From Raillietiella orientalis (taxonomy: Eukaryota), in NCBI GenBank assembly GCA_036172245.1, contig JAYWIR010000022.1, positions 992,001 through 1,056,000 of the forward strand: 64,000 bases of DNA, read 5' to 3'. Both the position numbers and the translations under genes were made by a program. Below are positions 63,755-64,000 of this stretch, piece after piece (position 1 is the first letter of the stretch; each line of letters opens with the position of its first letter). The notes under the pieces were generated by a model, which was not told the origin of the DNA, made no database searches, and saw only the letters and a program-made list of their open reading frames with translations.

Positions 63755-63910
63755 ATGGAACGGGGACAGCTGCTCTTCCTCCTCCTCCTCTACTCCTGCC
63801 GTTCCCTCCGGACGGGGATGAAGCTGGATGCTCTGGATCACTTCCTCCGTCACGAACGGGATGCCGAGGGTCTCCTCGTCCTCCCGGCCGTACCGCAGCA
63901 CGATGCACAA
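63755..63910 (-). CDS. Internal exon of a divergent visual/beta-type arrestin (N-domain)
   Basis: Strong acceptor (ttgtcttttcttgcag) and donor (CAT|gtgag), phase 0-0, 52 open codons: LCIVLRYGREDEETLGIPFVTEEVIQSIQLHPRPEG..EEEEEEQLSPFH. This matches the beta-arrestin segment LTCAFRYGREDLDVLGLTF..VQSFPP..LTRLQ (finger-loop region). Confidence 0.85.
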
Positions 63911-64000
63911 CTGCAAGAAAAGACAAGGAGAACAACCCTTGCAAGATGCTCCGAGTTTCCCGGACTTCTCTTTCGGCGGAGATCAATCGAAAAAAATCTA

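Noticed and set aside
1..64000. Alternative genetic code or stop-codon reassignment as the cause of broken ORFs
   Set aside because: Breaks involve frameshifts and different stop codons, and the clean arrestin exons read correctly in the standard code.

Overview
Eukaryotic, almost certainly animal (probably invertebrate) genomic DNA: GT-AG introns, a poly(A) signal, homopolymer runs and no visible CpG depletion. There are no prokaryotic operons, rRNA genes or CRISPR arrays, and most listed ORFs look spurious. The best-supported host-gene content is a set of minus-strand exons encoding a divergent visual/beta-type arrestin. Three exons are clean, open and splice-bounded (63755-63910, 50198-50401 and terminal exon 46205-46618 with a downstream AATAAA). 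Several decayed arrestin-like pieces (about 50690-51320, 46672-46780, 34960-35190) suggest a tandem arrestin array. The rest is a dense mosaic of short, badly degraded transposon remnants (CR1/L2/RTE/L1-like LINEs, Gypsy, Pao/BEL, Copia, hAT, Tc1/mariner, Merlin, MULE), a tRNA-derived SINE head, blurred host-domain fragments (FYVE, HMG box) and a few hairpins and repeats. All protein calls come from motif recognition by eye, not database searches. I did not find a convincing new multi-gene system. The main leads are the arrestin array and the unusual density and pattern of blurred protein fragments, which could also indicate a poor assembly or a non-natural sequence.
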